A DNA stretch of 64,000 nucleotides from Eledone cirrhosa (Eukaryota). The notes beneath the pieces were generated by a model that worked only from the letters and a program-made list of their open reading frames with translations, ran no database searches and was not told where the DNA came from. A program made the translations under genes and the position numbers. Of the stretch, positions 60,749 to 64,000 are shown piece after piece (position 1 is the stretch's first letter; each line of letters begins with the position of its first letter). Location of the stretch: contig OZ024740.1 in the NCBI GenBank assembly GCA_964016885.1, positions 345,340,001 through 345,404,000 of the forward strand. Reading direction: 5' to 3'.

Positions 60749-62129
60749 GCATATATATATATATATAATAAAAGTGCCTTCTCTTTTTTCCTCTCTCTCA
60801 TTCATTATTTCCATCCGACCAGTCACAACAAATACTACAACAAACACCACAACAACAATAATAATAGGAATAAAAGCAACACCTTCCACTACCGGCATCA
60901 ATACCACGAAAACGAACTAACTATATGAATCACCACTGGCATTTTCGTCATTATCGTTACAGTATCATACTATCATTATCATCATCCATAGTTCAGATAT
61001 TGGCCTGTTCCTCTGTGCCTTTCTTCTTCTTTTTCCATCTATGCCTCTATTTTCCTACTTCGAAACTATTATCATCGTTGTGCACTATAACAAAGGCATT
61101 TGCATTGGGTATGAAATGCAGCAAACACGAAGCGGCATCAATGATATTGAGTGATATTCATGCCTTTCAGGAATGCTATTGGCTATTTAGAATGTACTGC
61201 CATGAGAGAAATATTGTGTAAACTTGCGGTTTTGTCTCACCAATATTTAATCACCGGTACATCTATAGTACTGTTGTTGTTGTTTCATGTTCGTTTATAT
61301 CTAGCAGACCTATGACCATATCATTCTATTCACGACCCCATCCCGTCTTGTGCCAAGATGTATGTATGCCGATTTACTTTATCTAATATGTCATTTTCAA
61401 AGACAGAATAGTATGATTTCGAGAAAAATTGGGTGGTATTTTAACATGTCGAAAAACCACCAGATGAGACCTTCTTCATTGTATATATATTCACCTATGA
61501 ATACGGATACGTCTAATGTACATTACGTGTCAACCAAGGAATATTTGCGCACTAGTGCACTGGATACTCTGCAAAATTGTGTTGTGTGCATGTTTACATT
61601 TCAGTGTAGAAATATATACACCAAATTATACAAATCACGGAAGTCGTTTTATGAATCTTTTTGAGAAATGTGTACAGATGGTATGTTTAAATATTATAAA
61701 CTAACGCAGTTTTATTCAATCATATCCTATCACACAAACTCACACAAATTTAGGTGTGTCCATTATGCTCACCGTCAGACCTTCAAAGTAATATAGAAGC
61801 GCTGCATAAAGTTCTTCTCGCAGCCAGATGGTTCAAGACTCGATGATATTTCGTTTCATCTTGGAGGTGTGACTATAATATATATTCGACTCAACCGGGA
61901 AATGTTGGATGAATACGTAGGGGAGCATTGTGCTATTTCTATTTACGAACAATTACTTGTTTGTAAATTACCAAGAAAATAAAAGTACAAGAAAGTACTA
62001 GGATACATCCCAGTGATCCACATTAGTAATATATAGCCTATTTTAATTTGTGTCATAAAATAGTGTGTGTATGGATCAATAAAATATATGGTATGGTTTG
62101 CGTAGATGCACCATTTGCATTCATACAGA

Positions 62130-63340
62130 AAGACTTGTAATGTATACAGAGACGTGGACATGGTACAGTGCACTAACATGGGCCTGATAAAATGTTCTGA
62201 CGCTGATAAAGGTTAAAAGCATGGACATATTACATTGTATAAAGAGTTACATATTTCTGTGCAAAACTTAACACATTTTACTTTATACAGACGTGTATTT
62301 GTTAGAGCCGAAGAGCAGTTACAGTGCATAGATGTTGGTATGTTAAAGTGGACAAACGAATGCATGTTACACTCTGCAAACACACATGATAAATTGTACA
62401 TGCACGGATATGTTACACTCTGCAACCATTCATATGTTACAGTGTACAGATAGGGACCTGTTACACTGCAACCATATATATGATGCAGTGTACAGATATT
62501 CTCAAGATATATTACACTGCATATGCATCATAGAATGTACTTTTCAGAAAATATTACACTGTGCAACCATATACATGCTACAGTGTACATACCGGGATTG
62601 GACCTGTTACACTGTGAAACGAAATATATATTCTAGTGTGCAAACATGGCCGTGTTACAATATGCAAATATACACATGTTACAGTGTATATACTTGGGCA
62701 TATACAACTGTGGAACTATACATATATGACAATTATACAAACTTCCCGTTGTTGTAATATGCAGACATGGAATTGTTTCAGTGTTTAAAAGAGAAATGTT
62801 GAACCGAATAAAGAAACGAAACTGTTGTAGTGTAAATGACTATACATATTATAGAGTATTCAGAAAACAAAGACCTACTATAAAATGAACAGTTTTGTCT
62901 CACGTAATTCAGGTATGTCGGTTATACTGTTAAGGTGTTATGTAGTTATGCAATAGATACGTTGGATACAGATACAATGTAAAGCCTTGTTACACTGTTG
63001 AGACATCGCTGGACTATAGATACATAGTTGTACTGATTGTAAATTACATTGTTAAACACTGTTACAATATTGTAATTCTTAAATATATTAGATATATTAT
63101 AGCATTTTAAAGAGCCAGTTACAGTGTGATGTGACAACTATACTCGGGTATACTATTACACAGTAAAAGTACTGTTGCATTATAGAGACAGGTTTTTACA
63201 GTGTAAATATATGTTATAGTCGAGAGATACATACACAGGTGATATATTACACTATAAAGACTGTTACATTCTAGAGTGGGTTCTATCAGCGTACACATAC
63301 TGTTAAAGTGTACAGGCGCTATTACACTGTAGATTAACAC
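62130..63340. repeat. Degenerate about 22/44-bp minisatellite, same type as 59630-59970
   Basis: Alternating tgttacactgtgcaaccat and tgttacagtgtacagata units. Confidence 0.7.
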
Positions 63341-63789
63341 TAATCGATTATACTAAACTCTAGAGACATCAATTATAGTTCACGAGCTCACGGACAAAAT
63401 CTCAATTGTTGTATAGAGACAGAGCAAGATATTGTATTGAGCACAAAGAGAGTGTTACATTGTGCATAAGTAGAAGTGCTATAAAATATAGGTGCATCTG
63501 CTATACTTAAATATCATTACATCTTTTCTGTAGTGCTCCTGTTTAATTTCACATTTCAGACATCATTAAAAGAGACAAAACATACCACAGACACACTCGC
63601 AGAAATGCATGCTCCCACACATACAGAGACATTTCTATGTGTTACGATTGTTTTACAGGTATTCAAATATACGACATCATGTTAGATGTGTTAAGTTTTG
63701 TATAAGAGAGATTTGACCACAAGCATATTAATAAGCATGTTAATTGACGACCACATATTAACTGTCACTGAAAGTCTTAATACACATGG

Positions 63790-63840
<51 letters not shown>

Positions 63841-64000
63841 CATGCATTGCATCATTACATATGTAAGTACATACATATATGCGTGTGTATTTGTAAAATC
63901 AGTATATCTGCATCGAAATATAGTTATAAAAATTTCAATTGATATCTGTCACTATCTATATCTTCCACTTTCTACTTGTTCTACATATATGTATGTATAT

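Overview
Very AT-rich eukaryotic non-coding DNA, dense in (TA)n, (CA)n, (GA)n and trinucleotide microsatellites. The repeat content resembles a cephalopod (Octopus-like) genome; this is inference, not verified. I see no intact host protein-coding gene, and nearly all ORFs in the track are microsatellite artefacts. Recognisable mobile DNA: a 5'-truncated Penelope-like element (PLE; RT plus GIY-YIG, one in-frame stop) at about 11.8-13.5 kb; decayed Helitron PIF1 helicase, R4/Dong-type, RTE, probable Tc1/mariner and possible hAT remnants; several tRNA-derived SINE families, including a six-copy head-to-tail array; and an RTE-derived 290-bp repeat. The main unexpected signal is a dense population of short non-coding inserts in or beside (TA)n tracts. 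They carry minimal type I hammerhead ribozyme motifs (stem I-CUGANGA-stem II-GAAA-short stem III-NUH-stem I), about ten near-canonical plus several decayed, in several unrelated sequence families. Many are 5' fold-back palindromes and share a short 3' tail motif. One fold-back element has a tRNA-like head instead of a ribozyme. These look like non-autonomous, microsatellite-targeted ribozyme retroelements mobilised by PLEs. All coordinates, alignments and folds were read by eye.
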